DNA from: Camelus dromedarius
Taxonomy: Eukaryota
Length of the DNA: 64,000 bases
NCBI RefSeq assembly: GCF_036321535.1
Contig: NC_087436.1
Coordinates: 53,942,001-54,006,000 of the forward strand
Reading direction: 5' to 3'
Shown piece by piece: positions 24,940-38,249 of this stretch; position 1 is the stretch's first letter; each line of letters opens with the position of its first letter. The notes beneath the pieces are model-generated. The model had not been told where the DNA came from and did no database searches. It saw only the letters and a program-made list of their open reading frames with translations. Both the position numbers and the translations under genes were made by a program.

Positions 24940-25565
24940 TCGTGTAGGGGTGAAATCACTGTCTGTTCGGAGATCCTTGCACTTTGGAGAAACTTAAGGG
25001 TGTACAGCTGTATGTTGCTTGCTTGGGGTGGGTAGGTGTTTTACCCCTTTGACACTCCTGAAAATGACAGAGCTTGTTTTGGAAAGCTAGGGAGCCAGCG
25101 TTAAGCTCCCGTCGGCATCTCCGTCCGATCTGGCTGCTGGGAACTGCAGCGTGTGTGCGGGTTAAAGCTGGGCGCTGCCCTCCTGCCCGGGCTCAGACAC
25201 GGTTTATAGAAGGGGAGGTGACGGTCTGAAACCGCTAATCTGCCGCCCCGCAGAAGGCGCTGCCGCTGTCAAAATGCCCAGCGAGGTGGGAGGTGCACTG
25301 AGCTTTTGCGCTTTCCCTTCAAGGGCACCCCACGCTCCAGGGGAGCTCCGGAGGCTTGTGTGACCCAAGGCCCTGATTTACATCTCAGTTCCTCTTCAAA
25401 AGAAGCAACTCTCCTGACATGATTAGACATTTCTCGTATTTCCTCTAAAAGCACCCATGTGGATCGCCCTGTGGAGTCTGCTTTTGAGCTGAGAATCCAC
25501 AACCTTGATTTTAAAGAGTGTGAAGACTGGTAGCGTTCCCGACTGTAACTTGTGTTTCAGGAGTT

Positions 25566-25990
25566 GATTATAGGTTGAACTGCGTCTTCCAGAAATTCAT
25601 GTGAAGTCCTAACCTCCAGGACCTCAGAATACAACCTTATGTGGAAGAAGGGTCTTTGCAGACGTAATTAAGCTGAGGTCATACTAGGTGGGTTCCTACT
25701 CCAGTAGACCAGTGTTCTTATAAAAAGGGGACATTTGGACACAGACACACCCACAGGGAGGATGCTGTGTGAACGTGAAGGCAGAGATCGGGTGATGCAT
25801 CTGTGAGACAACTGCCCACGCGTCATGGAAGATAGGAGGGAGGCACCGAACCGATTCTCCCCGGAGCCTCTGGAAGGAACCAACCTTGCCAACACCTTGA
25901 TTTTAGACTTCTAGCCCCAGAATAGTGAGGCCATACACTTCTGTGGTTTTGGCCACCCCCTTTGTGGCGTTTTGTTACGGTAGCCCAAGG
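25566..25990 (+). mobile_element. MaLR (MLT1-type) solo LTR
   Basis: Typical MLT1 sequence: gaagtcctaacctcca...ggtctttgcaga...gccaacaccttgattttagacttctagcc...ttgttacggtagc. Confidence 0.8.
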
Positions 25991-27314
25991 ATGCAATTGG
26001 AGATTGTGCGTCTACTGCTGGTTTTCAGGCTGGAAAGGGTAGGACCACATGCTAATTTCAGCTGGTCAAGTGATTAGTGTGTATTTGAACATGTGCACCT
26101 GAACATGGGACAGACTTGCTCTCTGTATCTGCTTTACTTTCTTTGAAAACAGCTTTGATATATTTTGTGGGTATTTTAAACATAAGGAATGCCTTATTAC
26201 GTTATGATTAAAAATGGTCGTGCAGCAGTCTGTATTTCTTTGACATAAACTATCTTAAATGCAATTTGTTAGAGTGATTAAAGTCTTATAAATAAAATAG
26301 CTCTATTTCTACAATTGTGCTTTCTTGTTACTTTGTGACTGAATCAGGCCATGGTTCACCAACCCCGGCAGCAAGCTGGCTCCTGTGAATGCATCTTCCA
26401 TCCCTTGAAATCACAGGTCACAATTACTGAAAGTTTACTGTGTTCCAGGCACTGTGCTATAAGCACTCTGCGTACATTTTTGAGGAAATGTAAACTGAAG
26501 GAGAGAAAATGTAGACTTCACCAAGAGCTTACCTGCTGTCATGCAAGGCGTTGCCAGCGAGATGTTGGAAGAACTTGGGGTCAAGGAAGAAAACGAGGAG
26601 GAAGAAGAGAGGCCTGGCCTGGGGCCCCAAGGGAGAGTGGAGGAAGACACTTGGGGCAGGAGTGAGGAGGTGAGTGGCGCTGGGGAGATGGGAGGCCCCA
26701 GGACTTCCAGACTGGAGGAGTGGGGAGAAGGGCGGATAGGCCATGAGACTGTCAGGTACGGAGAGTCCTGGAGCTGTGGCCAGTCTCTGGTCCAAGCCAG
26801 CTGTCAGAAACCTACGTGATGACTGAGGTTGGTAATAGAGGTGATGAGTATGAATGAAGAGGTGACTGATGTAAAATATAACCTGGGGGTAAAGCTGGAT
26901 GGTGTCTGCAGGTATTAAACCCCTGCCATCTGATGGGGATTGTTTAAAAAAAATCATTCCAGGAAGTTTGCCAGAATTGTCTATTAAAAGGTTTTGTGGG
27001 AAGGCAAATAAAGTAACAGTTGCAACCCGGCTCCTTTCCCCGTGCCCTCTCAAGAAGTCACCATAACTTTACAAACCTGCAAATCAAACGGCCTTAGAGC
27101 TCTGCAGGGCTACAGGAAATGTCACATTTGATCCTTGTTCTGGAACCCACCTGTTTCCTGCATCCAATTCCACTGTCTGGAATTTCTGTGACCTGGGAGC
27201 TGGCAGGGAGATCACCGTGTTGCAGTGGGGGACACTGTATTCAAGCAGGTGGCGGTTGGAGGTGACCAGGTCCTTGCATTTGTAGCGGGCAGTTCCCCAG
27301 TCTAACTAGTCCAC

Positions 27315-27620
27315 CACTGGTAGTTCTCAGCTCTGGATGCCCATTAGAACCGCCCGGGAGCATTCAGCAAACAGACGCAAACCACTGTGCGGCCCTACCC
27401 CGCTTCAGTTCTGAAATCTCCCAGGTAATTCTGATGTGCCACCAACCAGGGTTTCTCAAACTTTAATGCACATGAGTCACCAGGTCTTAATTCACCTGGG
27501 TCACAATTCATCTTCAATCATCTGGGTCTGATTCAGCAGGTCCTGAGTGGGGCTGAGAGTCTGAGGCTCCAGCAGGCTCCCAGGTGACACTGATGTCATC
27601 TGCAGACCACACTTTGAGAG
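27315..27620. mobile_element. MER5-like hAT remnants (similar pieces at ~22625-22760 and ~22960-23100)
   Basis: Motifs ttctcaaacttt...gatgtcatctgcagaccacactttgag; boundaries approximate. Confidence 0.55.
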
Positions 27621-28071
27621 GCAAGGACAGTGAACAAGTAGGCCTGATTTAAAGCTGTGTGAAATGAATACCTCATTGACATTTCTGGGTCATACCTTTC
27701 CTAAAACTACTAAGCTGAAATTTTCAGGTCTGGGTAGGAGAATACAGGGTGACTATGAATAAGCAATATGTGTATGTTTGTTAAATATATTTTATTCTGA
27801 TTACAAAAGAAAACGTGCTTAATGCAGAAAACACAGGAAAACAGAAAAAGAAATATCTGTATTTTCACCATCTAGAGGTCTATGCTGGTATACACCGTCT
27901 CGAGGTATGTTAGTGTGTGTGTTTCCATTACTTTCTTGTTTTAAAGTCAGTAATATTGTCTATACTGTTCTGTAGCCTGCTTTTTTTTTTTTAAACAGCA
28001 CATTTTCGATGTCAGTGAGTATTTTATACAATAAGAATTTTTATAGTCACATGGTATTTTATTGTGTAGAT

Positions 28072-28403
28072 CAGGGGTCCTCGAAATATGGTCAAGGGAA
28101 TTTTGGGGCTTCTCCAGACTTTCTCAGTCCACAGGCTCAGAATTATTTCATAACATGGTAAGACACTATTTCTTTTTTGTTACTCTTTCTGAGTGTGCAG
28201 TGGCGTTTTTCAGAGACTACGTGATGATGCGATGTCATCACTCTAATGGAACATGTGTTTGTGTATTTCTGTGTATAAACATTTCTCCCTTTAAATTTCT
28301 AATATAGTAAATACTCATAGAAATACACAAAATCTCTTTCGGGGCTTTGACCATTTTTAAAAGTGTAAAGGAGTCCTGAGACCAAAAAGTCTAAGAACTT
28401 CTG
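28072..28403. mobile_element. hAT/Charlie-type non-autonomous DNA transposon
   Basis: CAGGGGTCCTC...AAGAACTTCTG termini with 8-bp TSD GTGTAGAT (28064-28071) / GTGTAGAC (28404-28411). Confidence 0.7.
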
Positions 28404-31400
28404 GTGTAGACAAGCTGTAATTTAATCAACCAAACCATCACTATTAGAAATTTAGGCTCTTCCCAATTAAAGAACATTGCAGTGACCTTTCTTATACATT
28501 TCTGAGACTTTGCACATAGATAGAACCCTACTCATGGAACGACTAGATCAGAGGATTAAAAACATCTAATTTGTGCCACCAAGTGAATACCTTACCAGTG
28601 ACATTTAAATTTTAAAGTGAAAATTGTTCAAGTCAAGATTTGCACCCAAATCAGAAGAGGAGAAATTCATGTGTTTTATCTGCTCCAGACTTGGATTTTT
28701 TTTTAACCTAACAAAATAGAATGTCAGTTACCCCACAAACCACAGTCTGTTGTGATGGGGGAATTAAATTACCAGGGAGGGTTTGGGGTGCAGAGCTGCG
28801 CTCCCCCATCACTCGCGGAGTGTGTGAGAGCGTGAATGAGAACGTGGCTCTCTGGGGTACTCAGGCTATTTTAGGAGTGATCATCTCAAGACTCTGGCTT
28901 CACATTCTAATTTAATTTCTACTGATGCTTTCATGAGTCTGCTTCCTGGAACAATTGGTAACAAGGATCCTCAGCACACGTGTTTTGAGCCTCATGTCTA
29001 TCAAACATTCTACTAAATTCTAGAGCCAGAGAGGGAAGAGTGGGAGGTACTAAAACAAGCACAGAGAGTAAGACAGGGCTCACTCTCCACCGCAGTGCAG
29101 AGCAAAGCCTGGAGGAGGTGTTGATTCCTTCAACTGGCTGTCGTGGGAAGAACTGGAGTCAAATTGGACATTGGAACTTACACCTTAATGACTCAGTCTC
29201 TAGGAAGACCTTGGGAGTCTGGTCACTCACTAAGTCAGAAGGACATCGTACAATCGATACTCAGTGAAAGCTCTTCGGCTTGCTTTAATAAAGGAAACCC
29301 CTGTGCGGGAAAGTGAGAGAGTCAAGCCTGTGTGCGTGCTGGTTGGACCCGAGCGCCACTCCGAGCCCAGCCGGTGGTCACGGTGTGGGTGTGGCCTTGG
29401 ACACTGGCTTTCTCTCTGCCAGCCTCAGTGCCTCCCTCGCAAGCTGGAGATCATACCTACACCATGGCGATGTTGCAAAGGAGAAAAGGTCAAACTGCTC
29501 CTCTTCTCCAAACTCGATTCACGCTTCAGGACCTCACCTAAAACGGCTTTCTCGGGCAACCCGTTAGCCCCCTCTACACGCTCCCGCAGCGTTCCCTCTG
29601 GAAGGACTCATCAATTTGAACTAACTTGCGTGGCATCTTTTTTCCATGGCATTGGGACCCTCTGTGTCTGGTACCCAGACCAGGCAGCTGCTTTGAGCAT
29701 CCTCAAAAGAGGATGGGCATGCCTTTGTTTCTGGGCAGAGAGTATCTGCTCACCTAAGGGTTGGACTTTGATTCTGAAAAATATTTCTACTTTCCCGCAA
29801 TATGGATTTTTCACAGAGGAACTGATCCTGGCATCTGTCAGCCACCCCTGGATGGGCTCAGGCCTGTGTCCTGAGCACAGCAAGTGCCTAACCCTCCCAG
29901 GGCCCCTCCAGCTCCCCGCCTCCCAAGGCTGTTGAAGCATCAAACAGGGACGGCAAATGTGGATGAGGTTAAGCCTTGGAAGAAATTATTTTGTTCATGA
30001 GTTCTGAGTTTTTCCCAGACTTGCAGGATTTCTGAACCAACCATTTTTTGAAATAGCTACGTTGCCAGGGGTGGCATCCAGGTTAAGCTGAGAAAACGTT
30101 TTGTGGACTGCCAGATTGAACCGAGACCCTCACAAATCTCATACTTTTAGGTTCAAATAGCAGTAAGAGTGTGTGCTGGAGTAGAGGGCTACCCTTCATG
30201 TCCTGCAGAGGCAAGGGAGACCGACACTTCCAAGACAAGAGGAAGTCATGGGGCACCCGTGTACGTCTGTTAAGGGTCACAGGGACACGTGGAAAGCTGT
30301 GTGCTCCTCAGGAGTACAGCCACTCCCTTTGCCTTTTCTAGATGCTCAGGGCCCAGACTCTCAGCAAGAGGCTCCTGCTGTCTGGGCTTCCCATCAGGCG
30401 GATGGGGGACCGGGTGTGGCAGAGGATGGTCAGAATCTAGTCCAGGCAGGTTAGGGTGGCAGAAAGGTCTTGACCATTCTGGGAGATGTCTACCTGAGAC
30501 CACATCTGGAGTCAGCAGCTCAGGAGGTCGGCTTGCTGTGACTGCAGTGGTTGACTTGGCCAGTGATAGTGGGTCCCTAGGTCAGAACTGAGTGGCCTCA
30601 AAAAGGAGGGAAGTTGAGGGACCATCCTGCGTCACTGGTGCTGTAAATGGCCACCCTGGAGCTTGAAAAAATTCCAGTGCCCAGGCTCTAGCTCCAGAGA
30701 TTTGATTCCCTAAGTTTGGGATAAATCACGCTTTTTTCTTTTCTTTTTCTTTTTTTTTTTTTGGAGTCTGTTGTTGGTGTCTCTTGGGGACTCTGATGTG
30801 ACACAGTGACATGTGAGTTCAGGAAGTGCGGAAGAGTGCACTGGGGGTTGGGGGGCTGTTTGCGGAGCAGGCTCTGTCGTGAAGGCTCTGCCAAATGAGG
30901 ACTTGCCCCCCGACGTCTCCTCCTCAGGAGCCCCTCAGCACCTCGGCCCCAGCTCATTGTTCCTTCGCTGGAGCCTGCTTCTCCTCCTTTGTTCCTCCCC
31001 TTGGCTCACATCACCACTGGCTTCTGCCCCGTCACCCAACGCAGACATTCGAGAATCATCTTTGATTCCAATCCCACCCCACACAGGTATCCTAGACCTC
31101 TTCTGTCTCTCTAGTCCGAATTGAAGCACCAGGACTTTCCCTTTCTATCCCCTTCTTGCAAGCTAACAAGTTAGCCTGCCTCGGTCTCACCAGTGCCTGC
31201 AGGAGGCGTGAGACTCCTGGGTCAGAGACAAAGCACTTCATCGCTCACGGCCCCCCGCAGATGCTGTGGGTTTTGTGTATGTGACAGTCCCTCGAGCCCC
31301 CAGTCCCTTTGGGGACAGTGATTCAGGAGGGCTTCTGCAGGCACAGTGGGTTTGTGCCCCAAGGAGCGCCAAGCTTCGGGACCCCCCAGCTTTACTGGGG

Positions 31401-32249
31401 GGTGTGTAAGCAATCGTGACCTGCCTTTGCCCTGAGGGAGGCCTGATGGTCATCATCCTGTGCAGTACAAAAATCTGCCCTTGTCCCCAGAGGGAGACAC
31501 CATCTCTATCTTACAGGGCTGTTTATTACATCAGCCTCCCTGGAGAGAGTGTCGGAGACACAAGTTCTTGAGAGAAGTATAGAAACACCAGACACCCATG
31601 GGGAGCCGTCTCTCAGCACCGGGAACTCATCACAATTACCTATGACTCTCCTTGCTTTTAGTCTCTCTCTTCTACCAGCAATAGTTCTGGTTCCAGACGG
31701 AAACATAAAGCAAACATGCCAATCTTCTGTCTAAACTTTGTTTTTCTACTATGTTGTAACAAATTAAAATGTCTAAGGCCGCTTCCCATCTGGTCTGCTC
31801 TGTTCTTCCTGCCTTACCTCTTGCTGCTGCTCTGCTGGCCCAGGTGCCTTCTGCCCCAGGATGCCCAGAGCTCAGGGTCATCTCTCTCCAGAACCCCAAT
31901 AACTCTGTTTATACCTCAGTTAACACCCTGACTTGTTTGCTTTACTGTAATAGATTAGTGTTTCTCATCTTCTCCCCTGATGAACCAAATCTATCTCCTC
32001 ATTGTATTCACAGTCCAACGTGGTGCCTGGTGTCCACACGAACTGCTCAGTAAGTCTTTGTATGTTGAGGAGGTCTGCTAGGTCAGCAAGTCAGGCTGTT
32101 GGGGGTTTTTCTGAACTTTTAGGGTTAAAGCTGGTAGCCCCGGTCATTTCAATTCTCCAGGCTTCGTTTTCCTGAATCCTGTAGCCATGGCCTCTGTAAG
32201 CAGAACAAGTTGTCTTAGGGACATCCTGATGCTTTAGTACCTAGCCTTA

Positions 32250-32745
32250 TGAATCAAGATTTCATCCTGTTCCAAATAACAGAAAACCTTGCTCCAGGGG
32301 TTTAAACAGGCAGGCATGTCGCCTGCATTGTCTGAGGCTCCTCACCATGCGGCTGGTCCTCTGGTTCACTGATGCTACCTGGAATCCAGACTCTCCTCAC
32401 CTTTCTGCCCCACTGTCCTGGAGCAGAATGTGGAGGCTTTCGTCCTCATGTTGTACCTCATGGTTACAAGAGGGCTGCCATAATTCTGGGGCCTATATCA
32501 CCATTTGAGCCAGAGAAAGGAAGGAAGGAAAGGTGAAGGGTCAAAGGCCTTCTAGCAGGTTTTTGCCTTCTGATTCACAAAGGGGTGCCCTTCCCAGGAC
32601 TTCTAGAGAGTGGTCATGCCCGCATGGGAAGCTGGAGAATTGGAGTATTTTAAGCTTGGTACATTGTCCCCCTGAACAAAATTGGGGTTCTGTTAATAAA
32701 GCAGAAAGGGGAGCTGGATATTGTGTAAAAAAGTCGCAGTATCTG
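32250..32745. mobile_element. Old MLT1-like LTR remnant
   Basis: Degenerate MLT1J/K-like motifs (ggctgcc..., ggggttctgttaataaagcagaaagggg); recognised by recall only. Confidence 0.45.
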
Positions 32746-35539
32746 CCCCAGAGATGAAATGTTCCTTTTCTTTGGTTTGTTTGCTTTGTGGTTTTTGTTT
32801 TTTTTTTTTTTTTTGTCTTTGTATTATTCTTATTTTTCCGTCCGACCAACTTCCTGTGTCTGCTGATTTTGTGGACATTTGCGTCCTGAATTGAGTCAAA
32901 TTTCTCCTTCCTCTTCCTTTTCCATGCTCTGCCTCATCTTCTCCAAGACGGAAGGCATTTTTGTTGTTTGGGTCTCTAATTGATAGTCTTCCTCTTTGAC
33001 TATGGGGCGCTCTGGCACCTTTTGGTCCTGGATTAGTCTAGAGAAAACAAGGTTTGACCACTGTTCCTGTGCTGTTGGCACACTGTAGCTCTGGGTCTGC
33101 GCGGTCGCCGGTGGTCCGAGGTGTGGAGACGTGCCTGCCCCTGGGGCTCGCTCGGGGGACACAGGGGACATGATGTCAGTGAGACATTTAGGAGCAGGAT
33201 GTTCCTCTTCACAGAGGTCTTGGCTGAGAGCGGATTTAAACTTCCAATTGTATAAGCCTTTTCACATGAGGAGACTCATTTCTCAAGTGTTGGCTGCAAG
33301 AAATTGTGGTTGATCGGATATCCCGGGAGGTTGGCAGGTGTTAGAATTCCCTTCTTCTCAAAGAGCAGTGTAATCGCTTGGGTTCGCAGGGTCCCTGTTC
33401 CACGCGAGCTCCTGAGTCATGGGAGAGAGGGGATGGTGAGGATACTTTTGGCTTTAGGAGAAAGGGTGCGCTCCCCATCCAGCCAAGAAGGCACTCGCTA
33501 AAATCCCTACAGTCACTTGAGGGCGCTGCCAGCCATGTGAGGGGACAGGCGGGTCAGCACCAGCTTCCTCCTGTTAACAGATGGAGCGGATCCAGGCATG
33601 GGTCTATGTTTTCACTTTCCTGACATTTGATAGTCAGACTGCAGCTGTCACGGGCCCTCAGAATGTCAAGTCTTCTCTGGGGGGATAAAAAAAAAATGCA
33701 AGTTTGCACATGTCATAAAAATGCCCTTGGGTCAAATATGTGGACCTCTGGTTGACATGGCCTTGCCCATAGTGCTGCTTCTCGCCCCCTTTTTAAAAGT
33801 GCCCTCCCCTCACTCCTGGGCTGGAAGCAGACAGAATGCACACAGGGTCTCCAAGGGTCAAGCCACGTGGGCTTCCAGGGACGGTGGAGCTGATGGGAGC
33901 AGGGCAGGTGGGGGCTCTAACAGGCTGGCGACTCCTGTCCTGTCCAAAGGCACAGGGTCACAGCCACATGCTGCTCTCCTGGCAGGCAGAGTGGCTGGTG
34001 CCGGCGCTCTCCTCTTTTTAAAAGAAAAGTCAAAGAACTAGATTTTTATGCAAAATCATCCTCCAAATTTTAAATGTTTAGAGCTGCTCTTTTTCATCTT
34101 TTTTTCCCAAAATACCCCGGAGAACAGACAAAGACGTAGGAGGGCCCCAGTGCGCCATCTCTGGCATACAGAGGAAGAAATGGGCTAGCCGGGCCACAGA
34201 CACCTCGGGGCATTAAATGAGGACTCTTCTGGAAGAAGAGGAAATAGTTCTTAGTAATGTGGAAAAATGCTTATTGTGTAAGTGGGGAAAACAGTGGCAT
34301 AACGCTCTGACTACATAAAATACGCACTGTGCAGGGTAAGTGCTGTGGAGAGCACGCCAGAACATCATTCTGAATGCATCAGACGAAGCCTGCATGTGAT
34401 GGAGGCAGGGACTGTCACATCAGGCTCTAAGCATCCACGTGCACAGGTAATATCTCCTTTCCATCACTTGCTTTTCTTGGGTCGGTGCACATCTTGCTCC
34501 CGCTTCTCATGGCTCGGGGGAGAGCCCTGCGTCTCGTAAGGATCCTCAGAGGGGATCGAGAGGGCAGGGGGCAGGAGAGGGGAGAGCAGACGTTGTGTAG
34601 ATTGTGATATCACGAAGCTCAAAGGTCACTCTGCCATCTCACTTCTCCTAACTTCTGGGCACCGGGGTGTGAGGGGTGTGGGTGAGAAGAGTGGAATCGG
34701 AGTCATTAGTAACTCCGCTACTTCTCTTACCTGCACAAGAGAAGAAGTCATTGCAGGAGAGGCATGGTGAGGAGTGGGGTACATTCTAGAACCATAAACG
34801 AAGGGAGGGTGGGGTGGAGGAATCGTCTACTGATGGTAGGGTCCAGTTGAAACTAGGGACTATTTGGGGTTCCTGCAGAGATGAACCAGAAATCAAAGCT
34901 ACTCGGGTTAATATTTCTTCCTGTTGTTCACCCTGATTAGGGCAGCTCTTTGTCTTCTTGGGTTGCAACCCACACGCCTTTGTTATCTGAAGAGTACAAC
35001 TCAACCTTTACCTCTTTCGTTAGTTCTAAGTGATCCCAGGTATTCATCTGATGTGCCTGTGCTAGACATGGGGAGGAACCCAGCACCCAGAAGCAGAGCA
35101 GAGCATCCCTGAAGAGCGGTCAAGGTCACAGGCAGCTGACCTCTGGCCCTGGGGTGGGGGTGATGATGACCTCAGGAGAGCACTGTGAACTGTCTTAAAA
35201 GGAGAAGGGGTTTTTCATCTGAAGGCATGGACACCCAGAGGGCAGGGGCACACAGCCAGCCTCCCAGCAGGCATGGCTCTATTCTTTGTATGACAGTGCA
35301 TTAAAAACCAATCAACCAGCCAACCAACAAAAAACACCATTTGGCTAGAAGGTGAGGCAATAAAGTAGATATGGTTATAAAACTCAAAGTGAGCATTCAT
35401 ATAGGAATTTATTTTTAACAGTAATATGAGAGTACAGTCGGAGTTTCTTTCCTTCAGGATGCCTGGGAGTCAATAAATGACTAACTACTGCATGGTAAGT
35501 AGTATCTGTTAAGTATACTTGACAATTAGATATTTTAAA

Positions 35540-36410
35540 AATTGAAGTATAGTTGATGTACAGTGTTATGTTAGTTTCAGGTGTACAACATAGTGATTCA
35601 ACATTTAAATACATTATGAAATAATTACCGTAAGTCTAGTAACCAAAAAAGGCTATTATAATATTTTGGACTATATTCTCTATGCTGTGTATCATATTCC
35701 CACAGCTTATGACTGGAAGTTTGTACCTCTTAGCCCCTTTACCTGTTTCACCCAACCACACCCCACCGTCCCCACTGGCAACCACCAGTCTGTTCTCTGT
35801 ATCTGTGAGTCTATGTGTTTTCTTTGTTTTGTGTTTCAGATTCCACATACAGGTGAAATCACAACATATCCGTCTTTCTGCCTGACTGACTTCACGTAGC
35901 ATAATGCCCGCAAGGTCCATCCATGTTGCTGCAAATGGTAAGATTTCACTGTTTTTATGGTTGAGTATTATTTCATTGTATATACAGTTGACCCTTGAAC
36001 AACATGGGTTTCAACTGTGCAGGTCCACTTACACATGGATTATTTTCCCTAAACACTACAGTATTACATAGTCCCTGGCTGGCGGAATGTGCAGGTATGA
36101 GACCACGGATACAAAGGGCCAACTATGGGACTTGAGCATCTGCGGATTTTGGTATCAGCAGCAGGTCCTAGAACCAATCCCCTGCAGATATAGAGAGACA
36201 ATTGTATATACTATGCCACATCTTCTTTATCCATTCATCTATCGATGGACGCTTAGGTTGCTTCCATATCTTGGCTATTATAAATAATGCTGCAGTGAAC
36301 ATAGGGGAGCATGTATCTTTTCAAATTAGTGTTTTTGTTTTCTTTGGATAAATATGCAGAAGAGGAACTGCTGGATCATATTGTAGTTCTATTTTTAATT
36401 TTTTGAAGAG
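35540..36410 (-). mobile_element. LINE-1 3' end (minus strand) interrupted by a DNA transposon
   Basis: Reverse complement of L1 3' UTR and ORF2 tail (MDLAGIMLREVSQ...). Confidence 0.85.
35985..36204. mobile_element. Tigger2-derived non-autonomous DNA transposon (MER8-like)
   Basis: Starts ta|CAGTTGACCCTTGAACAACA, ends GAGAGACAATTG|ta: imperfect terminal inverted repeats and TA target duplication. Confidence 0.75.
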
Positions 36411-38249
36411 TATTGGATATATTTTTAGAACTATGGTTGCATTTAAAGTTTATATACTGGAAATCTGAGTTAAGGCTTTAAAATTTTTGAGATAACAGAA
36501 ATCTAATAGAGATCTTTTGAATTATTTAGATAAAAAAGTCCCAAACCTGAGACTAAAAGGCTTCGAAGTATGAGATTAGGTTTTAAACTTTTCTTGATGA
36601 AGATTAAAAAAATCTAGCTAGTTAATTTTCCTAAAACCTAATCCTGAAACAGAAAATTCTCTGTGACCAATACCAACTAAACACTACAAAGTTCTACACA
36701 CCACTCAATGTGGTTTTAACTTCATTTGGTTAAGCAGATTAATACAAGATTGCATTTATGCCTACCAGCAAAATCACAGATCTCTGAGCAATGGCTAATT
36801 CTAAGAATGTGCTCTGAGGTTGGGGGTAAAGGTTAAAGCCAAGTTAGTTTTTTAGGTTGGAGATGTTATTTGCATCAAGTCACTTCTCGCCTGAGCCCCT
36901 GTTCCCATGCCTGAGCCATCCTACCTGCTCCATTTTTACTCCTTGAAAGCTGCATTGATCATGCTGGGAGTCAGAGAAACCATTTGTCACTTACGAGAAG
37001 AGGGCACTGCTCATAACATCAGTCTGATCTTCTGGTTTGTTTAGGAAGTGGGAGGGCCTACACTTCTCTCTGGACAGTATGACATCAGGCAGTAGAAAAG
37101 CCAGGGACTGAGGAAACAAATGTCAGGAGACCCAGAGGCATCAGTCCCTACCTGGCTGAAGTTTGTTCTGCTTATAATTGGTTCCAGTATAGAAATGAGT
37201 TGTCATCATATTCAGTTCCTGTCTAGTGTTATAAATAGCAGACAGATGCATGTTTTCCATTTTTGCAATGTTAGATTAGAATCTCTGCGGCCATGGCTAA
37301 AAAATTCAATTTGGTAAAAGGTTTTAAACGTTTTGTTTTCCTGGGAAGAAACAAAGCAAGGATAAGGAAATAATGAACTTTTAAAAGTCAACTGAGAAAG
37401 AAAGAATATTAGTTAAACTTAGGAGCATAAATTCCATGCATAGTGTCACTTTTTCCTTCTGTAGCGGACCATTCACGGCATACAAGAACCAACAGCTAAT
37501 AGCCGGAAACCTCCAATATAAAAGGGATTCTGCCTGTCTAGCCAAGAAGTGTAATGATAAATAGACCATCGGAGGTGAATTCTATCAGAGGATTTAAAGC
37601 ACAGCTACCATAAGCCTTTATGCGAAACACACAGCATTTATATTTAAGAAAAAGACGAAGACAGATACCTGAAAGGTATGTACGTTAAATATTTTATAAA
37701 TACTAGTAAGACGTCAGCATTGAAAATGAGAAGGGGGGATTATTTTGTTTCTATATTGTAAAACTCATAGTACTACAACTTTATATTGACTTAGTAATAA
37801 TATTAATAAAAGCTAGTATCACTGAGCTACTCCTGTTACGCCACTTTACAGACGAAGACGTCTGACAGGACGAGGAAGTCCTCTGGTGGGGGTACATTCA
37901 GGGCCTGCTCTGCCCACGTGGCATCTCAGTTTCAGAGGGAATGAAGTGAGGGGTTGTGCGTTCTGCACTGAGGATAACTGGGTGCTCCTCAAACCATTAA
38001 TACACTATTAAGGATAGGCTATTACTACAGACAGCTCCTACTATCAAAAAAAAAAAAAATTCCCTGAAGTCAGACAAATATTTACATCTCAATTTCTCTA
38101 GCAGTCTATCTAGAAATAATTCAGGCAGGCAGCCGGGAGGTTCCATGGAAGTAGGGATTCATTCAGCAAACAGGTGCTGACCACCAACAGTGAGCAAGCA
38201 CTCTGCCAGGAGCTGGAAATAAGTAAAATATACAAACAAACCAAATGAT

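Noticed and set aside
29264..29935. 223-aa ORF (and overlapping ORFs) as a novel intergenic gene
   Set aside because: GTG start, no recognisable domain or coding-like composition; consistent with a chance ORF.
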